From positions 128,588,001-128,652,000 of the forward strand of contig OX597815.1 in assembly GCA_951406725.2 (NCBI GenBank): a stretch of DNA of 64,000 nt. The letters run 5' to 3'. Made by a program: the position numbers and the translations under genes. Source of the DNA: Octopus vulgaris. Its lineage: Eukaryota. Shown here one piece after another: positions 51,441 to 64,000 of this stretch. The notes under the pieces are model-generated. The model did not search any database, was not told the DNA's origin, and saw only the letters and a list, made by a program, of their open reading frames with translations. Position 1 is the first letter of the stretch, and each line of letters opens with the position of its first letter.

Positions 51441-52235
51441 AAGTTCAACGGTCCAACATGGCAATATATATATATATGAGAGAGAGAGAGAGGCAGGGGA
51501 TGTATATTTGTGTTTGTCTCACCTACCACCACCATTGCTTGACAATTAATGTTGGTTTGCCTATGTCACCTTCCCCCCCCCCCCCACCATAAACTTGCAG
51601 TTCATCAAAAGAGACTGATAAAATAAGAAGCAGACTTATAAAAATAACTACTGGGGTCTGTTTGAAATACATAAACAGTAACTGGTAAATACTATATACC
51701 CTCAGTTTGGGTAAAATGTCCAGTATTGTACACCTAAAATCTCACTATGGTTAAATAGCTTGAATGGGTAAACAAAACTGCATCAGACTCATTAATACTT
51801 GGGAAATAACCACAATGATTATCTAAAGCTGGAATTAGATCTGATATAACAGGATTATCAGGAGAAATTTTAAAAGCAGATTTGAATCCTCATTTATGTT
51901 ACACATCAATAGCTGATAACAATTTTCTTTAGCATATGGTAGGTCTATTATCATAAGATATTAAATTTGTGAAACAAAGTACCACATTACCAAGCATTGA
52001 GTATGGTTGTTGTTTTTCTGCCTAAATCCAAATCCTTTAGGATACCAGTAATACAGTTATAATAGGGTTTTAACCACCCAGAAGAGGGTTATCTATGCAA
52101 AATTTATCATGTCTGTACACTGTAAAAAATAAAAATAAAATAAATGGAGACTATCTTTATACCATTATATTTGGAATGGTCATATTTTTGCCAATTAATC
52201 ACATGTACCATATACTTGGTCTACAATTCAGTTTT

Positions 52236-52447
52236 ATTATTATTATTATTATCATCATTGAGTGAGAGAGCAGTGCTTGCCATCAAAGTGACGCTGGGGT
52301 AAAATATACAAAGCCCAGTATACCCATCATGACTACCCGTCTGATAAGGGTACACTAGGCACATGCATCACAACCATATGTGCGTGACATGGTGATCTCA
52401 TATCAAGATAAACAGCGCACGACCTTGCAGGTGGGGCCCAGTTAGAA
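52236..52447 (-). mobile_element. Retroposon 3' fragment ending in an (AAT)n tail
   Basis: GC-richer, CpG-retaining block abutting (ATT)n on +; clade not determinable. Confidence 0.4.
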
Positions 52448-53954
52448 ATCAAGCCTTCTATTTGGTTAAAATAATTTCTTTTTCTCCAAATAAGATTATG
52501 TTTGAAAGCACATGACCTAGTAGTTAGTGTGTTGGCACCCATGATTGTAAGGTCATGGTTTCAGTTCCTGGACTGGATGGTGTGTTGTATTCTTGAGCAA
52601 AACACTTCAAGTTGCTTCAGTTTACTCAGCTGCAATTGAGTAACCCTGCACCTGACTGGCATCCCATTCAGGGGGGATATTGTAATCTCAGTCACTTATG
52701 CACCAAGGGAACCATATAACTGACCTTAGGAGTCCTTTTACTCAAGACATTAATGGCTAGGTGTTCATGGTGATGATGATGAAAGTTAAAATATCACTGA
52801 AAATACTGTGAGGGGAGGAGTTTCCTTTCATTGATTATCATAGAAATTGTAGCTGAAACAGTTCCTGTCAAGGTACATCAGTTAAGAAGACATTGGCAAC
52901 TCTTGACAGTGTTATAAGCACTTGTATTATCTACAATATATGCACAAGTATTGAAAATTAATTTTATTGTGAATATCAAGTGGAACATGGGGAATATAAA
53001 TAAAGGGGGAGATTAGACTAGAATTGTCAAGTGATTTTTTTTTCCTTTAGACAAAATGACTGTTGTGACTATTGGACCTCACTTGAATGAAACTTACAAG
53101 CATGAATGAGTACAGGGTTATAATTGTGTTCTCTTTAAAGAAGATATTTTGTAATGGTTCTTTCATGTGAATATGTCTTCTATAAATGATGTTTTATGGA
53201 CACAAATCAGACTATATAATTAAGCAGACAGAGGGTCAAAAACCACCCCGAGATGGAAACAAATCAGAAAGCCAACTGCAGGACACAAACCATGTCTCAA
53301 CTGTACCTCCAGAGAGTCATGATACCATTTTACTAATGTAGTCTTCCAACTTTCAAACATCCAAATTACATACTTTAATATTTCAAGTGAGAAAGCAAGT
53401 TTGTTTGCTTGCTTACATTTAGAATGTAAATATAGAAGCATTGAGAAATTTGTAAATAAGTCTTTTATAAGTGATATTATCTTGAATGCCAATTCAGCCA
53501 TAAATAATAACTCATATTTCTGAGGGTTAAACTCCCTTAGATAGAAAAAGAAAATGCATTCTAAATGTAAACAAAGTTCCTTTATTTATTTATTTATTTA
53601 TTTAATTATTGATTTATTCATTCATCTTCTAGCAGTTTCCAGTTTAATAATTTATTTGACATTGATCAGTCGGTATATTAGAACTGAAATAAAATAAATA
53701 CACTTCAAAAGTTTGGTTTGAAGTGAATTAACAATTACTTTGATACAATATTTTTTATTGATGTTGGTGGTTGTGCTGTTTCTTAGTTAACTCAGCGCAA
53801 GGAGACCTTATCATATGGAAATATCTAACTAACAATAATACTCCATTTTTCCCATTCAACTAGCAAAATTCAGACAAAGAATGTGAAGACTTTAAAAGTT
53901 TTGAACTTAAAAACGTGCTTAGTTGTGCTGGTTTGGTTTTTATTTGTGATCTAA

Positions 53955-54170
53955 CCCTTTAGCATTTAAGCTGGCCATATACAGCCCAAGTATTCTACCT
54001 GTTTTATGTTCAAACCAGCCAGGTCTAGCCTCTTACTCCAACCCTAGAATGTCATTCTGAAAATAGTCGCATCATCAAAGTCTCAAAGCTACAAGATAAT
54101 GCATGATTAGTTAAAAACAATGTGGATAAATAAGTATTATATTGAACAGAGTAATGTGAATGTTAATAGG
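53955..54170 (-). mobile_element. Family B TTAA MITE, reverse orientation
   Basis: ccctttagcatttaagctggccatat...ctcaaagctacaagataatgcatgatt is the reverse complement of 40790-41009. Confidence 0.65.
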
Positions 54171-54246
54171 TTAAGTAATGATCCTTTTATAATATTTATA
54201 GCTTTTAGTCCTGTTTGAATTTGGAATTTAAAATTGCTTTTTCCAG

Positions 54247-54309
54247 AAAGTCCTACACTGCATCACATTTCAGAAGATAAAGACCCAAAAGAAGAACATA
54301 AAACTTATG
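54247..54309 (+). CDS. Internal coding small exon 3 (63 nt, phase 1-1), peptide (E)SPTLHHISEDKDPKEEHKTY
   Basis: Acceptor ttgctttttccag, donor G|gtaagt, open frame; same AA-AGT start as exon 1, and same phase and size class as exons 1 and 2. Confidence 0.8.
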
Positions 54310-55506
54310 GTAAGTAATATCTTTTATAAGAATGGTTTTAAGGTAGTAAAAAAAGACTAAATAGAAAAATAATCAAAAATAGGAAAGCAATTCATGATTA
54401 TTACTCCATCAATGTTTTTCATATGTGTTTTGTCTTAGATATCCACTTACTTATAAATTTATATATCATAATTTGTGTGTCTATAGGTTCAAAATATACA
54501 ACAAAGAGAGATTAAAAACAAAGCATATACAGTGTAGTTATTGAGGTTGATGTTCGAGAAATAGAAATGCCTTTGATGTTTTGAGCTTAAGCTCTTCTTC
54601 AGAAAGATAGAGAGAAAAGGATAGAAAAACGAGAAAATGAGAACAGGATAAAATACATATATCCACTCACGCACACATACATCATACACATGTAAACATA
54701 CATACATAGAAACCTTCATACTGGCCAGTTCCACATAGCTATAAATAAATGCCATAGGTTTGGAACAAATCTCATATCAGACTGCAGCAGTATTGTAAAT
54801 TGATGAGTTTTCTATTAGCTGACAATACAGAGTTCAACTCTGGCGGAGTAGTATTTAGAAAACAATGGTGCCGTGATGGTCCTTGCTAAGCTGACACATC
54901 CTATATATACAGTATGAAGATTAAGTATTCAACAGTGCAATGGCTTTTTGGTTACTCATCATTAATTATTACTGGTCTGGATTTTTGGCTTTCATTGTGG
55001 TATTTAGATATATTGTAGATTAAAAATTGGTTGTACAAGTTGTAATTTTGTCATTGTTGTTTGCTTGACTTAAGGAAATAGCTGATTAGAGCGATATAAG
55101 AAATGCTTTTGTGAAGCTACATTATCTTAAATATCTAAAAACGCCTGAGATGAGCTCTTTGCTAATAGGATTGTAATTTTGATTGGTTATTAACTTCATC
55201 TTTACTAACAACATTTAAAAAAATTTATATCTACACTGTCTGTCTTCTTTTGTTATGACCTCTACAGTCTCTTTACTGTTTCTCTCATCACATTCATGTT
55301 CATATCCTCCCTTCTTTTTGCACTCTTAGTAACCCCTCCCCCCACTAGTCTTAGTTATGTTTGACTTGAAAAGAATGGTGGCTATGTAGAGAGGACTACG
55401 TAGTCTTTCCAGAGACAAGGCAATCTCTCTGGTGTTGGTGTCCTAATAAAATGTACCCAGTTCACTCTGTAAAATGGGTGGTGTTTGAACAGAAACAATG
55501 TTTCTG

Positions 55507-55625
55507 GCTTACGGCCATATCACGTTGAAAGCACCGGTTCTCGTCCGATCACTGAAATTAAGCAACATCGAGCCTAGTTAGTACTTAGATAGGTGACCGC
55601 TTGGGAAACCTAGGTGCTGTAAGCA
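55507..55625 (+). rRNA. 5S rRNA full-length copy, probably a retroposed pseudogene/SINE3 head
   Basis: gcttacggccatatcacgttgaaagcaccggttctcgtccgatcac...agttagtacttagataggtgaccgcttgggaaacctaggtgctgtaagca (119 nt; the 5' and 3' ends pair). It has substitutions in box A (gaaattaagc) and box C (tagataggtg) and is solitary, not in a tandem array. Confidence 0.9.
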
Positions 55626-58600
55626 CTCTTTTAAATGGCGGTGCCCCAGCATGGCTGCAGCTCGTGAGCTGTGACTAGATAAAGATAAATGTATGGTTGA
55701 ACTCTTGAGTTGCATTGAGGACATGACAGCGTCTCCATTGCTGGTGCCATGATAAAATACACCTACTACACTCTCTAAATGTATTTGGTGTTAGAAAGAG
55801 CATCAAGCCATAGAAACTATGTCAAAAATGAAATCTACAAACTATTTATCTTCTGATTCAACTAAGAGGGCAGTAATTCTGAATAAGAACTTAATATGAC
55901 TTTGATAACCTATCCGATCCATATTAGCATAGTAAGTAGATCTAAAGTGGTGATGCTGTTAACAACTACATTATTATTCATGTGACCCTTGTGTGCATAC
56001 TACTCACAAAGCCACCAATGTATTAGTAGTTTTGTGGACAAGAATATACTACTCAGTTTGGAAATAAAGGTTCTTAGAATTCAAGCTAGTACTTTGAATA
56101 CAACATGATATTAAATAAGACTGATCTAGTATAGGGGTAAATATTTGAAAAACCTGTTTCTTCTCTGATGATAAGGGTAAGTTGAAAAAAATTATAATTT
56201 AGTATTATTTTAGTTTCAGTAGTGTATATAATCTGTGAATTCTAGCTCCATTTACAACTAGGATACCTAAGCAAATGATGAGATTGTGTGCAGTTGCACA
56301 GTCTGCTAGAAATAGCAGCCAAATTTCCCTCATTGTGTTATACAATCCTAAACCCAAAGCAACATATTGAATAATGCTGTTTTTAGATAAGCAATAATTG
56401 AGAGAACAGAGTAGCCATATAGGAATATGTTTTAATCATAGGCCTGCTCGGCTAGAACTGACCTGTGGCTAAGCAACAACAACAATGGGCACTTTTTATT
56501 TTCATTCATATAATTAATTGTTGTAGTTTTTGTTTTTGCATTTTAATTAGCTTGAAACATTTTCAAGTATCTTTTCAAAGTTGTCAAAAAATTAATAAAC
56601 AAAAATCAGCATGTGTATTGAAGAAGTTTGTATTGTGGAGGATTGAACTCTTCAGATTCTTGGTAGAATGGTATTGACAAAAACATGGGCTGCTAACTAG
56701 TATTATAAAAATTTATGAAGAAACTTGTTGGACCTTAAAAAAAATAATGAAGAAAAAAAATCAAAAGGTTATACACTCTTCTCTCAAAATTATCAGAAAT
56801 TCAAATAATTTAATCTTCGATAAATGAAGATGCTGACTTGACGAAGACTGCAGCAACAATTTGAGGAGAATTTAACATTATTATAAGTGACAACATTAGT
56901 TGATGCAATTAATGGAGAATTTTCAAGATAGCTTGATTAATTTTCATAAATATTATGAAAATTCTTTAATTCTAATTTTAAGAATATAGAATGTATAATG
57001 AAATGCAATTTTTTTTTGTTGTAATTCTAAAAAATAAAGAGCAAAAAAATTATTCAAGCAACACCAGCATTTAGAAATAGATTATTTTTAGATTTTCATC
57101 ATTTTTCTTTTTTTATTTGTTAAATTATCATAATCTTTATTAGAAGAAAAAAATAGATGATTATTAATTTTCTAAAAAAAATGTTATATAATCCATGGTT
57201 TTTAAAATGATGTTCTTTGGGTATTCAAATTTAGAATTAAAAAGAAAAATTTTATTGTACAAAATTAAGTGACCAAAATAAAAATTTAAATGAATGTAAC
57301 ATGTAAAAACAAGAAATAAGATGAGTGCAGAATGTTAGCCATAAAGTCTATGAAAACTTCTTGAATGGCTGGATGTATAAAGGAATAGTTACGAGTTACA
57401 TCTGGCCAATTTAATAGTGTGGAGCCAGTTTGTCAATTTAAGGAGTAATGTTTCATGTCTCGTCTTTAAGTACTGCACTCTGTCTCTGGTTATGCTTAAT
57501 GACTTGAATAGTAACAATGTACAGTTCAATAAATACCAAGTAGTAAGAAGAGCTCTGTATAAATTCTCAGAATTTATAGTGTTAAATTCTTTCATGGGTT
57601 TAGAGAAAGTACAAGGGAAGCCACTATGACCTCTATGTGGTTGTTTGATCTGCTAGAAATAACAGTTAAAGCTCCCTCATCACACTTTGCTGCCATGAGA
57701 AAGGAAAGGATACATTGGATAATGTAATCCAAGACATACCCCCAAAACGATAGGATGGTCATGGCTGGAATGATTCTCATCACAGGTCACTTGGAGTTGA
57801 TTTGGGTCTAAATCAGAGTTTTGCAAAGTGGGTTCTGTAAAATATTTTGAGGTTCGGAAAAATAAGTTATCTTCTAATAAACTTTGATAAAAAATATATT
57901 TTATAAAAACAGCATGGTACTTATATTCCAAATAAGGTATTGTATGTAACTCTCAGATAACTTTTGATTCATTTAAAGTCTTTTTTAGAATTAGGATTGC
58001 AAAGTTTGTTCGTAAAATATAGGCATGTTTTCTACAATTTTTAGTAAATCATATAAGGGTTCTATATCAAAATACTTTTGAGGGCCACAGATCTAAACAA
58101 TTGTTCTTGAATCAATCATGAAGATAAAAGTTCCAGTGGTTTCCCAACAATACATAGTGTAATAGTATGTTATTATAGGTAATCTTTTATGTACTGTCTC
58201 TGAGAGGAAAAACAGTTTAGGGGGACCTTATTTGGAAAAGTGAACTCATGAAATGGTTATTGTAAATGCATTATTTAGCAGGCATGGCTTGTGATTAAGA
58301 AATTTGCTTCACAGATATGTGGTTTTGAGGTAGTCATGCTTTATAGCACCTTGGGCCAACAAAAATCTTGTAAGTGGATTTGATAGATGGAAACTAAAAA
58401 AAAACCATTGGATCTTTGTGTGTGTTCTTGACATTGCACACTAATTCTAAATGATTGTCACATCATACAAGCAGTGTCATTCATCTGCAATCATTCATGA
58501 ATTCACATCCAGGCATTGTACTGTTCATTTTTGAAGGACCAGAGAAAATATTACTTTGCTTGGAAACAGGTTAGTGTTGGCAACAGGAAGAACATTTGGA

Positions 58601-61600
58601 CATAGAAAATCTGCCTCATTGAATTTTTATCTATCTCATACAAGCATGGGATAATGCTTGTGTAAAAAATAATATTTTTATTCATGAAATTTATTAATGC
58701 CAACCTGTTTGCTAACCTATTAGAATGAAGAACTGTCTGAATGAGCAGAGCATTGAGTTCAAATCCACTGTGGAATGTTTCTCTCTGTTTTGGGCAAGAC
58801 ACTCAACTCTATAATGCCTCAGTTCACTTAACCACACAGAATAGATTGCATCTATGCAAGATAATCTTTGACTTGTTTTACACCACAGAAACCATAGGTT
58901 AGTACCAGATTTCTGGGTATCTGTGATTAATTAATCTAGCTTCCTGATAACCTTTTGACTCCTCATACACCTAAACAGGTTTCCACAAATAGAAGATTGT
59001 TCTTTTTTCTTATAGAACTCACAAAACACAAATTAAAATGTCTATGATTAGCCTTCGTTTGCTCAACATCTTAGCTATCTAGTGTGCACGCTCTCTCTCT
59101 AATTAAATTGATGTGGAAGCTACTTGAGAAATGGCCAGTGTTTCCAACTAGAGTAGTTGTTACTTTCATCATTCTTTGGACAAATTTTTTAGTCCCTTTT
59201 CACAATTTTTTTTTTAAATGTCTTTTTGATGATGATGTGTTTGTGTTTATCTTCTTTTGTGGGTTTTTTATGTGGTTGTTTTGTGTGAGTTTGTGTTTGA
59301 TAATTTACAGTTAATTGTGTTTTTAATAGATGGTAGTTCACACTTGATTTCAATAATAACCTCGTGATTTATTTAGAATTAGACAATATTGTTGTTGTTG
59401 TTGTTTTATACTTTGTCTGGCTCCATGATCAATATCACCTTTAATCTCTTTAAAGATTTAGTCTCATTGGTTTGTTTGTATTTTTCCTTCCCTCACCCCT
59501 CTCCAACCATTCTTTATCAAATGATGTATATATAATGACTATAAATATTACAAGATGAAAGGCAAAGTCAACCATCGCAGGGTTTGAACTCAGTACTTAA
59601 AGAATCATGACTAAATATTATTGGTTCAGCTGTCTACTGTTTCTGCCACTCCACCACATTAATTATGTATGTCAGAAGGTGTGTGTGTGTGTGTGACAGT
59701 GGTGTTCTGTTCAGCCAGAATGTTGACCCACCCTCCTAGCCAGCAGGGTAGCATCATTCAAAAGCTACAACAATGCGCGTCTTCACATTGTAGCATTGTG
59801 ACCATCAGTATATAACAACATCTGATAATCTAATTGATACTGTAATATGTGTGTAAATTCCTCCCTGTAACAATTTTGAGGGGAGAGAGTTAGATATAAA
59901 CTTAGAATGTAAGGAGCTGGAACAAATACTGTAAGGTATATTATGTAGTTCTCTAAAATGATTCTGCCAACCTACTGCCCACACACATACACTTGATACA
60001 GATGTAGCAGCTGTGTGGTTTTGAAATTTGATTCATACTCACATTATTTTAAGTTTGATCCCACTGCATGGTGCCTTAGCCTTGAGTTGAGTTGCTTGTA
60101 CATGTCTGCTAACTTAATGCTTCTATGTTTGAAGATTTGTGGAATAAAGTACCTCACTTATAAAGAAGGGTTGTCATCAAGAAGCCCTTCCGGCTGTATA
60201 ATACAACATAAAGAATTCTTGTCCAGCTTGTGCCAGCATTAAAAAAAATATGGGAAAATGAGGTTGATGTGAGTAGTAGTAAGAATAGTAGCAGTGCTTT
60301 CTATTATAGACACAAGGCCTGAAATTTTGGCATGAGGGAGTTTGTCAATTACATTGAGGCCAGTGCTCATTTGGAACTTATTTTATTGACCCCAAAAGGA
60401 CGAAAGACAATATCAGCCTTAGCAGAATGTGAACTCAGGATGTAAAGAGTTGGAAGAAATGCTGCTGATCATCATCATTTCATGTCCATTCACCATGCTG
60501 GTATAGGTTGGATGGTTTGACAAGAGGTGGCAAGCTGGAAAGCTACTCCAGATTCCATTTGTCTGTTTTGGCATGGTTTCTATGGTAGGATGCTCTTCCT
60601 TCTGCCAACCACTTTAGAAAGTGTACTGGGTGCTTTTTACATGGCACCAGCCCTAATGATTAATAATAATAATAACTTCTAACTTGTCAAGGCTATTTTT
60701 AAAGGTGAGATATAATCAGGGAATTCTACTTTAGTGCAAAACTTGGACTTTTATTTTATCAATATGAAAATAAAAGTTAAATTAGGCAGGATTTGAACTT
60801 GTAGGGGTTATGGTTCTGAATCAGTGGCATTTTCAGAATGAATCTAAGGTCTGCAATGTATACCTAAAGATAAATGAATGGATGGAAATAACAAATTAGA
60901 TTTTAATATAAATCTTTTGTTTTATTGATCCTGAAAGGATGAAAGACAAAGTTGACTTTAGCAGAATTTGAACCTAGAACATTAAGACTCAGAAGAAATA
61001 CTGCAAGGCATTTTATTTGATACTCTAATGTTATGAGACTTACATTTTATTGATTCTAAAAAGGTAAAAAAACAAACATGACCTTGAGATTTGAACCCAG
61101 AATGTAAATATTCAGAAAAAATACTGGAAGGCATTTTGTCTGGTACTCTAATGATATGAGACACAGCCAGAAAGAGTATATGACATGCAAGCTGTATGTA
61201 CATTACTCCAATTAGAAAATTTGTTTATTTATAATTACATGCTCAAGCTTAGTACCAGGAGTTGCCCTCGCTATGAGTACAACAAAATGTATTCTAATGA
61301 CACTGCTTTTTTTTATATATTTTATGAATTAAACGACATACAATTAATCATACACGTGACATGGCACTTTAAGAAATATAAAAGTGTATTGATTCCTAAA
61401 TTTTAGAGATAACAATGTGATTGTATGTTGTGCTTTTCGACCAGATACTTCCTACATTTTTTTCTTCAAGTCACAAATTATATTTATAACTGTGTAGAAA
61501 ATATATTTAAACTGTGTATATACAATTCTGGTTGTGTAACCAACACCAATATTCAGACCCTCCCTCCTCTTCCATTCTTTTTTGGTCTCCCCACCACCAC

Positions 61601-62772
61601 CACTATCAATGAAAGGGTCATGCAGATTTTCATTTTTGTATTGAGAAATGTTTCGCTATATGATACAATAATACAACATCAAAATCAGAATTCTAATATA
61701 AAAGTTCTTTCCTCAACCATTTTCCTTCTTTCTTTCTTCCTTTTTCTTTTTTTGTTTAACAATTCTTCTTTTCTCCTTTGTATCTATCCATTTTTTTTTT
61801 TTTTTGCTATTTAGCTCTTGTTTGATATTATTTTGTTCCTCTTTACTCTGCTATGTTATCTCATTGTTTGGAATCTGTACATTCTCAGCAGCATGTGAAG
61901 AACCATTGTAGACACAAGTATATATATTTTTTATGATAATAATGATGGTAATGATGATGATGATAATGTAAATCAGTTCATCATCATCATCATCATCATG
62001 CTAATCTTACACTAGTGACTTCTGACTTATTGACGTCAGTAAATTTCATGTAACTTCATGCATTATCAGACAGTATTCACCCAATTAGCAGACTTTTCTC
62101 AAAGTTGGCAGCGAAATATTTTCCTGTACTGATCCTCAGGGCAGAACGGTGTGTAAAGGTTAAGGTGCTAGATTACTAACTACATGGTCACCAGTTCAAA
62201 CCTTACAATTATGCCTAGCTCTTCTCTTGAGATTCACTCCCCTATACTATCCCCAAGCAGAGCACATAACTTTATAACTCTGCTTTCTTCAACTTTGCCT
62301 TGCTCACATGTTGCCTGTCTTACTACATAATTTAGCAGTGATAAAATGGTATCTAGCTTTAAAAAAAAAAAAAATTTCACTAATGTTTAAATTTCCAAAT
62401 TCATGTTTGAAAAGGAAAAACTTCCAGCTAAATGCTAATGTGGTAAAAAAAAAAGTAAAAGAATTTCTTCATCAGTTCTTAATAATCTTTTATTAGTTTC
62501 ATACTGCACCTTCACTAAAAAATTTCATATCTAATAACTATAGCAGTTTATTTATTTGATGAAGAAATAAGTATGGGATTGTATCATAAATGTTAGAAGA
62601 GAAATAACTAACTCATTCTCCCAAATCATAGTAAAATTGAAGAACTGGGAAGATAATTGCAGTTTAGTGCCAACTATTCAATCCTAAATTGTTGTTTGGA
62701 TGGAAAGTTATACATTAGTCAGAAAAGGAGAGGCAGAACTTGTTTTCAGGCCCTCCTAGATAATTGTGTTTG

Positions 62773-63722
62773 ATATCAGTTGTGGTGTGCAAGAGAGACG
62801 ATTGCGCTGGTATGGTCATGTGGCGAGAATGAATGAAGATAGTTGTGTGAAAAAGTGCCACACCCTAGCGGTTGAGGGGAACCTGTGGAAGAGGCAGACC
62901 CAGGAAAACCTGGGACGAGATGGTGAAGCACGACCTTCGAACTTTAGGTCTCACTGAGGAAATGACCAGAGACCGAGTCCTATGGAAGTGTGCTGTGCGC
63001 GAGAAGACCCGGCAGGACAAGTGAGTCCATAACCCGTGGCCTTCTACTTGGGATGGAGCCAGCCTACGTATGCATACCTTCCCTTCTTGGGACACAAAAC
63101 TCTACTTGTGAAGACCTGTTGAGGCAAGTGAGGATCAGAATCGAAATCGCTCAATGGAAATTGCAGATGTGTTACCAGTGCCGGTGGCATGTCGATACTC
63201 TACTTGTGAAGACCCGTTGAGGCAAGTGAGGATCAGAAATGGAAATCGATCAATGAAATTGCAGATGTGTTACCAGTGCTGGTGGCATGTCGAAACTCTA
63301 CTTGTGAAGACCCGTTGAGGCAAGTGAGGATCAGAATGGAAATCGATCAATGGAAATTGCAGATGTGTTACCAGTGCCGGTGGCATGTAAGAGAACCTTC
63401 CGTTTCGCGACCGTTGCCAGCACCGCCCCGTTTCGTGTCCGTTGCCAACCTCGCCTGGCCCTTGTGCCGGTGGCACATAAAAAGCACCATCCGTTCGTGG
63501 CCGTTTGCCAGCTCTGTCTGGCACCTGTGCGGGTGGCACGTAAAAAGCACCCACTACACTCACGGAGTGGTTGGCGTTAGGAAGGGCATCCAGCCGTAGA
63601 AACACTGCCAGATTTGACTGGGCCTGATGAAGCCTTCTGGCTTCACAGACCCCAGTAGAACCGTCCAACCCATGCTAGCATGGAAAACGGACGCTAAACG
63701 ATGATGATGATGATGATGATAG
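62773..63722 (+). mobile_element. 5'-truncated RTE LINE (ORF end with frameshift, 3' UTR with 3 x 98-bp tandem, (GAT)n tail)
   Basis: ISCGVQERRLRWYGHVARMNEDSCVKKCHTLAVEG is near-identical to 1861-2178; the tail matches 4100-4266. Confidence 0.93.
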
Positions 63723-64000
63723 CTGATGTCCAACCTGAACATGTACAGGACAACACTATGAAAAATATGCCACAGAAGCACAACACCTCAATGAGTAGTA
63801 GTAGTAGTGATGGTGGTGGTGGCAGCGGCAGTAGCAGCAGCAGGAGGAGGAGGTCTAAAGACCCATTAGATTATAAAGGCACCAGTGAAGCATGGGCATG
63901 GAGAAAACTAAAGATCTGATGTGAATGTTTTGTAACAAAGTAAAGTAGGCTAAAAGCTACCATGGAAGGGCCAGGAGGTGGTTTTAAAGCAAGTAGCATG

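Noticed and set aside
55507-55625. Functional 5S rRNA gene
   Set aside because: Solitary, with substitutions in boxes A and C and a retroposon tail; treated as a pseudogene/SINE head.
62141-62205. tRNA gene (A/B-box-like gtaaaggttaag...agttcaaacc), and similar heads elsewhere
   Set aside because: No complete cloverleaf or acceptor stem; these are decayed SINE heads.
63701-63919. Poly-Met/Ser/Gly/Arg ORF
   Set aside because: Built from the RTE (GAT)n tail and trinucleotide repeats; no splice or domain support.

Overview
AT-rich, repeat-dense animal genomic DNA. The SINE/RTE families and (TA)n/(CA)n load point to an octopod cephalopod (Octopus-like; inferred, not proven). Almost none of the supplied ORFs are real genes: they are microsatellite, SINE or LINE translations. 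The window looks mostly intronic to a + strand gene. Only three small exons are visible (23069-23134, 42896-42958, 54247-54309). All are phase 1-1, 63-66 nt, have strong splice sites and encode related ~21-aa peptides starting 'ES', which suggests an array of paralogous small exons; I cannot name the gene. The rest comprises RTE LINE 3' ends (one with an expanded 60-bp minisatellite), decayed CR1-clade RT, mariner/maT, Sola-like and gag-like remnants, hAT and TTAA (piggyBac-like) MITEs, and dozens of tRNA-SINEs (only some listed). There are also Penelope-like remnants at (TA)n tracts, forming long foldback hairpins with type I hammerhead ribozyme motifs (one with an intact core at 4761-4841), and a full-length 5S rRNA copy fused to a SINE/LINE-type 3' tail. 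All alignments were done by eye, so boundaries of decayed elements are approximate.
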